Source: an uncultured Planctomyces sp. (GTDB lineage Bacteria; Planctomycetota; Planctomycetia; Planctomycetales; Planctomycetaceae). From it: a DNA stretch of 64,000 nucleotides. Below the pieces are notes generated by a model. It was not told where the DNA came from. It did not search any database and saw nothing but the letters and a program-made list of their open reading frames with translations. This document shows positions 34,457 to 43,179 of this stretch, in pieces (positions within the stretch are counted from its first letter, which is position 1; each line of letters starts with the position of its first letter). A program made the translations under genes and the position numbers. The stretch spans positions 5,019 through 69,018 of the forward strand of contig CALDJX010000209.1 in assembly GCA_937899075.1 (NCBI GenBank). Direction: 5' to 3'.

Positions 34457-35300
34457 TCAGTATGAGTACCGCGAAGCGGTTGCATTCATTAGCCTGGGGT
34501 CGTCGCGTAGCGGCGCACCCCAGGAATTCAGTCTGGTGCGGTGTGAACGCTGAAAGCGTTCCACAATGACCAACGGCAAACAACGAAGCGAGTAACGATG
34601 GGCCAGTCTCTTGCGCAGATTTATCTACACCTCGTGTTTTCGACAAAACTCCGCAAACCGTTCCTGAGTAGCGACAACCTGCAATCGGAACTCCACGCAT
34701 ACCTCGCTGGCGCATGCCGTAACCTCGACAGCCCGTCACTACAGGTCGGAGGCGTTGAGGATCACGTCCATATCCTTTGTCAGCTTTCGAAAACGTTGTC
34801 AGTCGCCGATCTGGTACGAGAGTTGAAACGCGAGTCTTCGAAGTGGTTGAAACCTCGGATCGCCAACGTTCAATGGCAGCAAGGTTACGGTGCCTTTTCA
34901 GTAAGCCCTTCCCATGTGGACGCCTTGAAGGACTACATACGGAACCAGCAGGAGCATCATCGAATTGAGACCTTTCAGGATGAGTTGCGACGCCTGTTTC
35001 GAAAGTACGGCGTCGAGTTTGACGAACGGTACGTGTGGGAATGACCTTTCGAGGCGTGGTCAATTGTGGAACGCCTTCGGCGTACATTTGGTTGGCACAA
35101 AGTGAACCAGGGGTGCGCCGCTGCGCGGCGACCCCTGGCTGTTGAGTACAACCGCTTCGCGGTAATCCTGCATCCACACTTGCCGCCTTACTCAGCATGA
35201 GTACCGCGAAGCGGTTACATCCATTAGCCTGGGGTCGTCGCGCAGCGGCGCACCCCAGGTTGTGATGCTCGGACCAGTCGTACGCTGAAAGCGTTCCACA
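34457..35300. mobile_element. REPtron-like unit: RAYT gene flanked by REP hairpin modules
   Basis: Unit A (~63 nt, atgagtaccgcgaagcggtt...gcggcgcaccccagg) occurs at 34463-34525 and 35197-35259 (60/63 identical), with a more diverged inverted copy at 35107-35164. Unit B (aacgct-gaa-agcgttccaca) occurs at 34546-34566 and 35281-35300, with an inverted copy at 35065-35084. Confidence 0.65.
34598..35044 (+). CDS. REP-associated tyrosine transposase (IS200/IS605 TnpA-like Y1 HUH enzyme)
   Basis: 148 aa: IYLHLVFSTKLRKPFL, HUH motif DHVHIL, WQQGYGAFSVS (Tyr region), NQQEHH. It is opposite in orientation to the surrounding nas genes. Confidence 0.85.
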   Translation: MGQSLAQIYLHLVFSTKLRKPFLSSDNLQSELHAYLAGACRNLDSPSLQVGGVEDHVHILCQLSKTLSVADLVRELKRESSKWLKPRIANVQWQQGYGAFSVSPSHVDALKDYIRNQQEHHRIETFQDELRRLFRKYGVEFDERYVWE

Positions 35301-35340
35301 ACTCCTACAGACATGTCGTGCGGGAACGTCTGGGCACATG

Positions 35341-38300
35341 TCAGACTCCCACTGTCTCGTGGGATTTTTTCAGGCAAGACGTGGCCATGTTGCAGCCGAT
35401 TTCGGTGGCGAGTAATTCGTCCAGAATTTCGGTCGGAGGCAACTCCAGGAAGACGTTTCCTTCTTCGACCTTCACCGGGAAGGTGCGGATGTCGTAATCC
35501 TCGCCCTGCAGAGATTCGCCGGTTTCCAGCGAGAACGTTTTCTTGTGCAGTGGGCAGGCGACTTTGGGAGTGCCGGACTGGTCTCCCACGATGCCGCGTG
35601 ACAGGACGAACGCCTTCTTGTGTGGGCACATGTTTTGAGAGGCGTACCATTCGCTGCGGCTTGAAAAGTTGAAGACGGCAATCTGCGACTTGCCGTACTT
35701 GATCGTTGCTCCGCCGTCGTATGGGAAGTTGTCGACCGTGCCGACCTGCACCCAGCGGGTTTCATTCATTAAACCAGCGCCGCCCTCACTCAGCAGTTGC
35801 TCTTCGCGGTCTTTGAGTTCGCCAAAGAGTTCGAGCGATGTCAGTTCGTCGTTCCAATCGGCCGGTCGTGATTGATCACGCTGCGAGACGAATTCGATCG
35901 TTGGCTCTTCTTCCTCGGTGTTGACGAACTGGCGGAAGCGGGCACGCTGAGCGGGGTCGTTGACGACGCGAGTCCATTCACACTGGTAGTTGTCGATGAG
36001 GTTCTGCATTTGAGCTTCCAGCTCGTCGCAGAGACCCAGTGAGTCTTCGATGATGACTTCGCGAAGATGATCGAGGCCGCCTTCAAGTTTCTCCAGCCAG
36101 ACGCTGGTGCGAGTCAACTTGTCGGCGGTCGAGATGTAGTACATCAGCAACCGGTCGATGTACCGAATGGCGGTTTCTTCATCGATGTCCGCGACAAACA
36201 GGTCGGCATGACGAGGCGTCGCTCCGCCGTTACCGCACACGTAGAGGTTATAGCCATGCTCAGTCGCGACGAGTCCGACGTCTTTGCATTGAGCCTCGGC
36301 ACACTCTCGCACGCAACCCGAAACGGCCATCTTGATTTTGTGCGGCGAACGAACTCCCTTGTATCGATTTTCAATTCGAATCGCGAAACCGACGGAATCC
36401 TGAATTCCGTAGCGGCACCACGTTGAACCCACGCAACTCTTCACGGTCCGCAGCGATTTTCCATACGCGTGGCCGCTTTCGAATCCGGCGTCGATGAGAC
36501 GTTCCCAGATGTCGGGTAAGTCCTGAACGTTGGCACCGAACATGTCGATCCGCTGCCCGCCGGTGATCTTCGTATAGAGCCCGTACTTCTTTGCCGTTTC
36601 GCCAATGACGACCAGTTTGTCCGGCGTGATCTCGCCGGCGGGTACTCGAGGGACGACCGAGTACGAACCGCCGCGCTGCACATTGGCCAGAAATCGGTCG
36701 TTCGTGTCCTGCAGTGTCTGATGTGAATCCTCAAGGATGTTTTCGTTCCAGAGCGATGCGAGAATCGATGTCACCGCTGGCTTGCAGACTTCGCAGCCGT
36801 TGCCTTGTCCGCACTCGGCCATGACCTGCGCGAACGTTTCCAGCTTTTTCACTTTCACGATCGCAAACAGCTCGGAACGAGAATACGCGAAGTGCTCGCA
36901 GAGATGGTTGTTGACTTCCTTGCCAGCCTTCGCCATTTCGGAGTTGAACAGGTCTGTGACGAGCGGCATGCAGCCACCGCAACCGGTGCCCGCTTTCGTA
37001 CACATCTTCACGGCGCCGACCGAATCCAGTTCTTCGTCGCAAATCGCCTGGCAGATGTCACCCTTACTGACGTTGTTGCACGAGCAGATTTGCGAGGAGT
37101 CGGGCATGCCGTCGATGTTGCCGAGCGGTGCTCCGCCACTGGAACCGACGATCAGCTCGTGAGGTGCGCATGGCAGGTCCTGATCCGTTTTGCTCATCAT
37201 GAGCAGTGTGCCGTACTCCGCGGCGTCACCCACCAGAATGCCGCCGAGCAGACGCTTCCCGTCGAGACTGAAAAGCAGCTTTTTGTAAACACCGGAAAAC
37301 GGCTCTTCGAATGAAAGAGGAGTCGCTTTGTCCGGGCCGGATTCGTAGTCACCAAAGCTCGCCACCTCGACGCCCATCAACTTGAGTTTCGTCGAGAGAT
37401 CGGTGCCGTTGAAAATTCGGTCTCCGCCGGTCAGGTTGGTCGCGACAGTTTCCGCCATGTCGTAACCGGGTGCGACGAGACCGTAGACCATGCCTCCGTG
37501 CAATGCACACTCGCCAATCGCGTAGATATTCGGGTCGGATGTCTGCAGGTGATCGTTGACCTGGATGCCGCCTCGCTCGCCGACTTCCAATTCGCACTCA
37601 CGGGCGACGTCGTCACGTGGACGAATTCCGGCGGAAACGATGATCATGTCGACGTCGAGCGTTGAGTCATCGTTGAACGTCATCTGCTCAACGTGCCCGT
37701 TGCCGCTGATCTCCTTAGTGCCTTTGTTCAAGTGGACGCTGACGCCGAGTTCCTGGATTTTCTTGACCAGAATTCGTGACCCCGCGTCGTCGATTTGACG
37801 AGGCATCAGGCGGCCGTTGTACTCGATGACGTGCGTCTCAAGGCCGAGATCCAGCGCCGCTTTTGCCGCTTCAAGACCCAGCAGCCCGCCGCCGATCACG
37901 GCGCAACGTTTTGACTTTTTCGAGTACTCGATGATGTGTTCAAGGTCTTCGAGCGTCCGGTAAACGAAGACACCTTTCTTGTCGACTCCCGGAACCGGCG
38001 GCACGAACGGGTACGAACCCGTCGCAACCACAACCGAGTCATATGCAATCTCGACGCCCTTCGTGGAACGTACGACTTTGTCTTCTCGATCGATTTCCGA
38101 CGCCCGGTCCCCCAGGTGAAGCTCGACGCCGTTCTCCTTGTACCACTCCATCCTCGCCAGCATCAGCTTTTGAGCGTCGCGGTGGGCGAAGAAAGATGTC
38201 AGGCCGACCCGGTCGTAAGCCGCTCGCGGCTCTTCGCAAAACGTGACGATGCGATACTGCTTTGCTGTGTCGAACTCGACCAGCTTTTCACAGAAACGCA

Positions 38301-38409
38301 GCCCGACCATGCCGTTGCCGATGACGACAATCGTCTTGCGATCATCGGGCGAAGTAGTCTCGACAGAGGTTTCTGCAACTTCATCAGCGGGAGAAATCAT
38401 GACCGTCAT
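35341..38409 (-). CDS. nirB: NAD(P)H nitrite reductase, NirB large subunit fused to a NirD Rieske-like small subunit
   Basis: FAD/NAD folds (VVIGNGMVG, AVIGGGLLGLE), BFD-like CSCNNVSKGDI, and siroheme/Fe-S motifs CVGSTWCRYG and SGCVRECAEAQCKD. The C-terminal ~110 aa are NirD-like (CPHKKAFVLSRG...ACPLHKKTFSLETG). Confidence 0.9.
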   Translation of the reverse strand: MTVMISPADEVAETSVETTSPDDRKTIVVIGNGMVGLRFCEKLVEFDTAKQYRIVTFCEEPRAAYDRVGLTSFFAHRDAQKLMLARMEWYKENGVELHLGDRASEIDREDKVVRSTKGVEIAYDSVVVATGSYPFVPPVPGVDKKGVFVYRTLEDLEHIIEYSKKSKRCAVIGGGLLGLEAAKAALDLGLETHVIEYNGRLMPRQIDDAGSRILVKKIQELGVSVHLNKGTKEISGNGHVEQMTFNDDSTLDVDMIIVSAGIRPRDDVARECELEVGERGGIQVNDHLQTSDPNIYAIGECALHGGMVYGLVAPGYDMAETVATNLTGGDRIFNGTDLSTKLKLMGVEVASFGDYESGPDKATPLSFEEPFSGVYKKLLFSLDGKRLLGGILVGDAAEYGTLLMMSKTDQDLPCAPHELIVGSSGGAPLGNIDGMPDSSQICSCNNVSKGDICQAICDEELDSVGAVKMCTKAGTGCGGCMPLVTDLFNSEMAKAGKEVNNHLCEHFAYSRSELFAIVKVKKLETFAQVMAECGQGNGCEVCKPAVTSILASLWNENILEDSHQTLQDTNDRFLANVQRGGSYSVVPRVPAGEITPDKLVVIGETAKKYGLYTKITGGQRIDMFGANVQDLPDIWERLIDAGFESGHAYGKSLRTVKSCVGSTWCRYGIQDSVGFAIRIENRYKGVRSPHKIKMAVSGCVRECAEAQCKDVGLVATEHGYNLYVCGNGGATPRHADLFVADIDEETAIRYIDRLLMYYISTADKLTRTSVWLEKLEGGLDHLREVIIEDSLGLCDELEAQMQNLIDNYQCEWTRVVNDPAQRARFRQFVNTEEEEPTIEFVSQRDQSRPADWNDELTSLELFGELKDREEQLLSEGGAGLMNETRWVQVGTVDNFPYDGGATIKYGKSQIAVFNFSSRSEWYASQNMCPHKKAFVLSRGIVGDQSGTPKVACPLHKKTFSLETGESLQGEDYDIRTFPVKVEEGNVFLELPPTEILDELLATEIGCNMATSCLKKSHETVGV

Positions 38410-38426
38410 CCTGTGGGTGAGAGCTG

Positions 38427-38564
38427 GTTCCTACGCTCTGCGTGGGAACCCACGCTCGGACGCTCCGCGTCCACGTTCTTTGGAACTGTTCGTGACAGAG
38501 TTGGTTTCCAATGCTCACGACGCGGAGCGTCAACAAGATTCGTTCCCACGCGGAGCGTAGGAAC
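38427..38564. repeat. Nested block of four palindromic units between narK and nirB
   Basis: Unit a is gttcctacgc-tct-gcgtgggaac (38427-38449). Unit b is ggacgc-tcc-gcgtcc (38458-38472). Unit c is gacgc-gga-gcgtc (38519-38531). Unit d is gttcccacgc-gga-gcgtaggaac (38542-38564). Unit a pairs with d, and b with c. Confidence 0.8.
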
Positions 38565-38600
38565 GAGTGGCGTCAGTAAGTTCGTGTGAATGAGCAGGGT

Positions 38601-39971
38601 TTAAGTGGCAGCTCCGAGCAGTTCGCCACGTCGGCGAGCTGTTGCTTCTTCGGTGTGAATGCGAGCTTCCGTTTCAGCCTCGGCGGAGAATCGAACGGTG
38701 AAAGCCAGAAACGCTGAGCACGTCACGAGCGCTCCCAGAATCAGCAGAGCGGTTGGCCAGGTAACGGCTGATGTTTTGAAGAGGAACCCAGCAGCGACAG
38801 CTCCCGCGTTTCCACCCGCTCCAACGATGCCGGCAACCGACCCCAGAGCTTTTCGGTTAATGAACGGGACGACGGAGAAAGTCGCTCCTTCAGACATCTG
38901 CGTGAACAGGCTGAAGATGATCAGCGTCGGAATCGCCAGAGACAGCACGTTCATCTGAGAGAAGACCATGAGCGCCAGGCCTTCGCAGAACAGAGCGATG
39001 AACAACCAGCGGACTCGACCTTTCAGTCCCCACTGTTCACCAAAGCGGTCGCCCAACGCTCCGCCCATCGTCCGAGCGAACAGGTTCATCAAACCGAACA
39101 GGCCGGCAATCATCCCGGCCGTCGAAACAGCCTTTACCGGGTCCATCGACGCGAAGTAGTCGAAGTAGTCCAGAAAGTAGAGAGCCGCGACGTTGTTGAT
39201 GGTCAGCTCGATCCCGAAACACGCTCCGTAAATCACGAACAGAGCCCAGACGCGTGAGTCTTTGCACGCTGCCAGGAATGATCCCTTAACCTGCTGTTTC
39301 GGTGGCATCTTTCCGGCAGCGCGAAGTTCGCCGAAGTTGCCCTCAGGCCCGTCCTGCGTGAAGAAAAAGTAAGCGACGCCCATTGCTGCACAAGCGACGC
39401 CGGCTGCAACCATCGAGACTCTCCAGCCGATCGTTTCCGTAAAACCAACCACACCGACAAAGAAGGCAAACACGAGCGGCATCACCATCTGAGTAACGCC
39501 GCCGCCGAGATTTCCCCAGCCGGCCGTCGTCGCGTTCGCCGTACCGACACAATTCGGAGCGAACATCACCGACGTGTGGTACTGCGTGATGACGAAGGAC
39601 GCTCCGATCACTCCGATGAGCACTCGGAAGAGCAGGAAGGTTTCGAAGCTATGAGCGAACGCGATGCCCATAACAGGAATCGAGCCCAGCAGAAGCAGTC
39701 CGGTGTAGGCGTATCGCGGGCCGATTCGATCGCACAGCCAGCCGATGAACAGTCGGGCAATCACGGTGATCGATACCGAGCCGATGATGCACCAGCCGAT
39801 CTGATCCTTCGTCAGCGACATTTCTTCCCGCACGACTTTCATCAGCGGGGCGATGCCGAACCAGGCAAAGAAACAGAGGAAGAAAGCGAACCACGTCATA
39901 TGGAACGCTCGCATCTGCGGTGACTTGAAATCGAGCAAAGAGATTCGAGTAGCTTTGTTTCGGAGTTCCAT
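38601..39971 (-). CDS. narK: Nitrate/nitrite MFS transporter (NNP family, NarK/NasA-type)
   Basis: NNP signatures AGWGNLGGGVTQ and GAGGNAGAV, with 12 hydrophobic segments. I prefer the ATG at 39971 (MELRNKATRISLLDF). The track ORF extends to GTG 40046. Confidence 0.85.
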   Translation of the reverse strand: MELRNKATRISLLDFKSPQMRAFHMTWFAFFLCFFAWFGIAPLMKVVREEMSLTKDQIGWCIIGSVSITVIARLFIGWLCDRIGPRYAYTGLLLLGSIPVMGIAFAHSFETFLLFRVLIGVIGASFVITQYHTSVMFAPNCVGTANATTAGWGNLGGGVTQMVMPLVFAFFVGVVGFTETIGWRVSMVAAGVACAAMGVAYFFFTQDGPEGNFGELRAAGKMPPKQQVKGSFLAACKDSRVWALFVIYGACFGIELTINNVAALYFLDYFDYFASMDPVKAVSTAGMIAGLFGLMNLFARTMGGALGDRFGEQWGLKGRVRWLFIALFCEGLALMVFSQMNVLSLAIPTLIIFSLFTQMSEGATFSVVPFINRKALGSVAGIVGAGGNAGAVAAGFLFKTSAVTWPTALLILGALVTCSAFLAFTVRFSAEAETEARIHTEEATARRRGELLGAAT

Positions 39972-40372
39972 TTTCTCTGGGCTTTCGAATGTCGGATCTA
40001 TTCTGGTTGTCGACAGGAACCGAGGGTCGAGATGCTGAGCGCGCACCGGTCCCGTAAATTGTGAGTGGCCGTTTCTGAATTCGTCCTCACGGACAGGTCA
40101 CGCCGATGGTGCGACTTTCAGAATCGTTCGAGCGCTGTTTCAACAACTGACAGAATCAGGTCTGCTGGTGATTCATGTTTCGCCAATGCCAACCTGAATG
40201 CTGCTGTCTGTGAGCGCGCTGGTAGAAGGCAGTCGCGGATTCAACCGTGCGAGCTGACCTTTGAGGGCTGCTGGACCGGACCATGTGTTTCCTTTCACAC
40301 AAGCTGTCAGGACCGGGATGCGTCGAAGAGCGAATCCGAAAACATCCTGAGTTCTTCACGGCTCACGTCTAA

Positions 40373-40388
40373 AGCAATGGCCGTGCCA
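40373..40388 (-). promoter_or_regulatory. Consensus sigma54 (-24/-12) promoter oriented toward narK
   Basis: The minus strand reads ac-TGGCAC-GGCCA-TTGCT-tt, an exact match to TGGCAC-N5-TTGC(A/T). It lies ~390 nt upstream of the preferred narK ATG (~315 nt from the GTG). Confidence 0.6.
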
Positions 40389-40703
40389 GTCGTCGGCGAA
40401 GAAGTCTCAGCCCGCCATCGATTAACGGGAATTCTCTATCAGGCATCGGCGGCGGTTGATCTCATGGGAACTTCTGACCTCGCCATGCCGTTTGGCTGTC
40501 GCACCTGCGCGCAGAGCTGCGCGATCATTGAACAGATCGGGCGAAAGCCCGTGCGTGGTTGCGGACATACTACGTGACGCTCGGCACGTGGAATGTCGCA
40601 GGCGTGCCACGCGGCCGGGCAGGACTGTCTACGAAGCGCGCAAACCAGGAGGAAGTCAACAACGATGTCGCGGTCGGAGTCTCGCAGTTGATCGAAGAAT
40701 ACG

Positions 40704-40742
40704 AAAAAGCCGCGTCGTACCAATTGAGATACGACGCGGCTT
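40704..40742 (-). terminator. Intrinsic terminator downstream of the 40816..41649 gene
   Basis: On the minus strand, aagccgcgtcgta-(10-nt loop)-tacgacgcggctt is followed by ttttt. It lies ~75 nt after the stop codon. Confidence 0.65.
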
Positions 40743-40815
40743 TGTGCTTCTACGTGCTGACCAGACTTTGATTCACCGTCAAGACTGAAGGTGATCGCCG
40801 GTCGTTTAAGGCCGA

Positions 40816-41649
40816 TTAGAAATCGTAGCCTGGGTTCTTTACATCAAAGTCGGCGTCCGTCAGGCCACCGTTCGGTTTGACGTTGAGATACGTGTACTGC
40901 TCAAGAATCGGTGCTTTTCCGCCGGCACTGGCCGGGAAGTCGAACTGCTCGACTCGAACCGGGAATGACGTCTTCTTATCGACGTACATCCGAGTCATGT
41001 GGAACTTCACGCCCTTGTGCTTTTTGTCGTACGAGCTTTCGAAGACCTGGCATTCGACATTGCCAACTTTGGCGTTCGGGAAGTAACGAACTTTGACATC
41101 AGGAACGTCCAGCTCGGAATTCCACTGAGCGATCGTCAGTTCGAGCAGGTTCCGCATGCCGATGTTCGTAATCGGGTAACGGCTTTCTTCCAATGCTCGA
41201 TCTCCGTTTGGATCAAGTTCGAGCGTGCCGACGATGGCTTCGATGCCCGTTCCGTGAGCCAGCATCTTGTTGCTGTTTTTCCCGGAAACGTAAATCGCTT
41301 CGCGGCCTTTATGCGGGTTTTCGTATCGCAGGTACGCACTGAACGGAGTCTCGCGAACCTTCAGCGTGAGCTGATGATTGACTCGCGTCTTACCGACCAT
41401 CTCCTCTTTGAAGAACGAGGCCGAATAGTCTTTCACACTATCCAGTGCGCGTCGGCTCTCGACTGCCAGTCGCAATCCTGGAGCCAGAGGGTGAGAAGTT
41501 CCGCCGATTCGGACAGCCGTGGCGATCCTTTCGTCTTCGGCGAACAGCAGACCACTCGGCAGTGCAACAGCCATCGCTCCGCCAGCCAGCACACGGCCAA
41601 TGGCCTGGCGTCGATTCAGAGCAGTCGCTTCTGTATTGAAAGATGTCAT
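40816..41649 (-). CDS. Tat-signal secreted protein, DUF1571-like (identified from memory)
   Basis: The preferred start, Met at 41649, gives MTSFNTEATALNRRQAIGRVLAGGAMAVALP (twin-arginine-like signal). GAGGGA lies ~8 nt upstream. The track ORF extends to 41730. Confidence 0.5.
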   Translation of the reverse strand: MTSFNTEATALNRRQAIGRVLAGGAMAVALPSGLLFAEDERIATAVRIGGTSHPLAPGLRLAVESRRALDSVKDYSASFFKEEMVGKTRVNHQLTLKVRETPFSAYLRYENPHKGREAIYVSGKNSNKMLAHGTGIEAIVGTLELDPNGDRALEESRYPITNIGMRNLLELTIAQWNSELDVPDVKVRYFPNAKVGNVECQVFESSYDKKHKGVKFHMTRMYVDKKTSFPVRVEQFDFPASAGGKAPILEQYTYLNVKPNGGLTDADFDVKNPGYDF

Positions 41650-41950
41650 CGTCTTTTCCCTCATTCCGCTGCAAGAGTGGCTTTCCATGCCGCTGCCGAC
41701 AGAGCAGTGACTTGATTGACTGTTCACCACTCATCTCTCAGGTGAGTGGTCACTCGGCAGATGTCCCATCCCAGGCACTTCTGCGTTCCCGTGGTTCTGT
41801 ATCGACCATCAGCAGGCTCTGATTCGACCGAATCGACATCCGAGCGGGTTTCCGAAGAAGGTTTAACAGTCAGAAATCGTCATAGCCGATTCAGGCAAAT
41901 CGAGAAACGTCTGTTTGATGAATTCTGAGCACGTTCGCTCAACCTTGCGG

Positions 41951-41987
41951 AAAACAGAAAACCTCGGCGTGGAAAACCACGTCGAGG
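41951..41987 (-). terminator. Intrinsic terminator downstream of the 42037..42669 gene
   Basis: On the minus strand, cctcgacgtgg-tttt-ccacgccgagg is followed by ttttctgtttt. It lies 50 nt after the stop. Confidence 0.65.
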
Positions 41988-42036
41988 CTGTTGATCGATC
42001 AAAATTTTTGAATGAGTCGCTCGTTCGCCTGAGCAC

Positions 42037-42669
42037 TCAATTCAGCGTCGCGAGCAGTGCGTCCAGTTTGGCGTTGGCAGCGTCAGCCTCGTCCTGGGCC
42101 TGGTTGGCTTCGCTGATTCCGACGATCCCCAAAGTCGCTCCGGTAATTCCAGCGGCGGTTGCAGCCAAAGTGCCTGGCTGCATGAACTGGAGTGGCCCGA
42201 CCTCGTTCTGACCACGAACCGTTCGTTTTCCGACAACAACCAACGCGTTGGTTTTGGCACTCTTTGGTGCCGTCCCATTGGCCCAAACGCGGAAGACCGA
42301 AACTCCGTCAGCATGAACGATCTGATAGACGCCTCCGCGGAGGCGATTAACTCGGAACTGCCCGGCATCGTTCGTGGTTGTTTCGGCAACTGCCGTGCGG
42401 CCATGCCTGACGACAACCTTGCTACGAGCAACCGCTTTGCCCTGTCCGTCGACCACGACTCCGGTGAGTTCGCCGTTCTTACCGAGCGACACGTCCGTGA
42501 TCTTCAAAGCCGCCTGCTGGCTGGCTGTTGTGGGAAGGGAGGCGGGAGTTGAAGCCGCGGCGGTCGGAGACGTTGAACGATCGGCGGCGGCAACGTTTGA
42601 AGCTGGCACGACCGTGCCGACGGCCCCCAGAACCAGTAGTGCAGATTTCCAGCGGCCAATTGAATTCAT
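42037..42669 (-). CDS. Secreted protein with a carboxypeptidase-regulatory-like (Ig-like) domain
   Basis: Signal peptide SALLVLGAVGTVVPASNVAAA. Core GELTGVVVDGQGKAVARSKVVVRHGRTAVAETTTNDAGQFRVNRLRGGVYQIV. Confidence 0.5.
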   Translation of the reverse strand: MNSIGRWKSALLVLGAVGTVVPASNVAAADRSTSPTAAASTPASLPTTASQQAALKITDVSLGKNGELTGVVVDGQGKAVARSKVVVRHGRTAVAETTTNDAGQFRVNRLRGGVYQIVHADGVSVFRVWANGTAPKSAKTNALVVVGKRTVRGQNEVGPLQFMQPGTLAATAAGITGATLGIVGISEANQAQDEADAANAKLDALLATLN

Positions 42670-43179
42670 GGTTGAGCAATCCTTTTCCGTCGAGCCGCGT
42701 CAAATACTGACGGACACTTTCACTCTGTAAAGATCGAGTGCCAGGCGGATGGAGTACCGAAACTGTTCCAGCCAGGCCAACATTTCCGTTAAACGAATGA
42801 GCACGACCGTCGAATCGGGCCATGGCACTTGACATCGATATCGGAATGTCCGTCTCCCCGACTGGACACCATGCCCGCCGAGATAACGCTCGCTCAGCGC
42901 TGTTGGCCGAATTCGCCGCACAATCGCTACAATCCGAATAGTCGTCGCACAAGCGCCGCCTGACCTTCCCTGTGACCAGGTAAACAGTCACGACTTTATC
43001 GGTTCTGCCGGTTGCGGGGCCGGGTTGCTGAACGGGCAATGATGGCGGCTCAAGGAATTCTGCGATGTTGAGTCGGCGACAGATTCGCCGCCCACTATTC
43101 TGCTGGTTAAATTCATTACGTGTCGGTGGGCTCGCAAAACTCAGCGATGATGCAGCTTCAGAATCAGGAAAAACGGACG

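Noticed and set aside
34546-34566. REP unit B read on the minus strand (TGGAAC-GCTTT-CAGC) as a sigma54-like promoter for the FeS-membrane/nasA genes
   Set aside because: The GG-N10-GC spacing fits, but the -12 block lacks the TT. The sequence is a dispersed palindrome present three times at this locus, so coincidence is more likely. It is worth a glance only if start-site mapping puts a start ~12 nt downstream.
34431-35339. 302-aa minus-strand ORF covering the RAYT locus
   Set aside because: It is antisense to a well-supported HUH/Y1 transposase gene and is built largely from REP palindromes, which read open on both strands.
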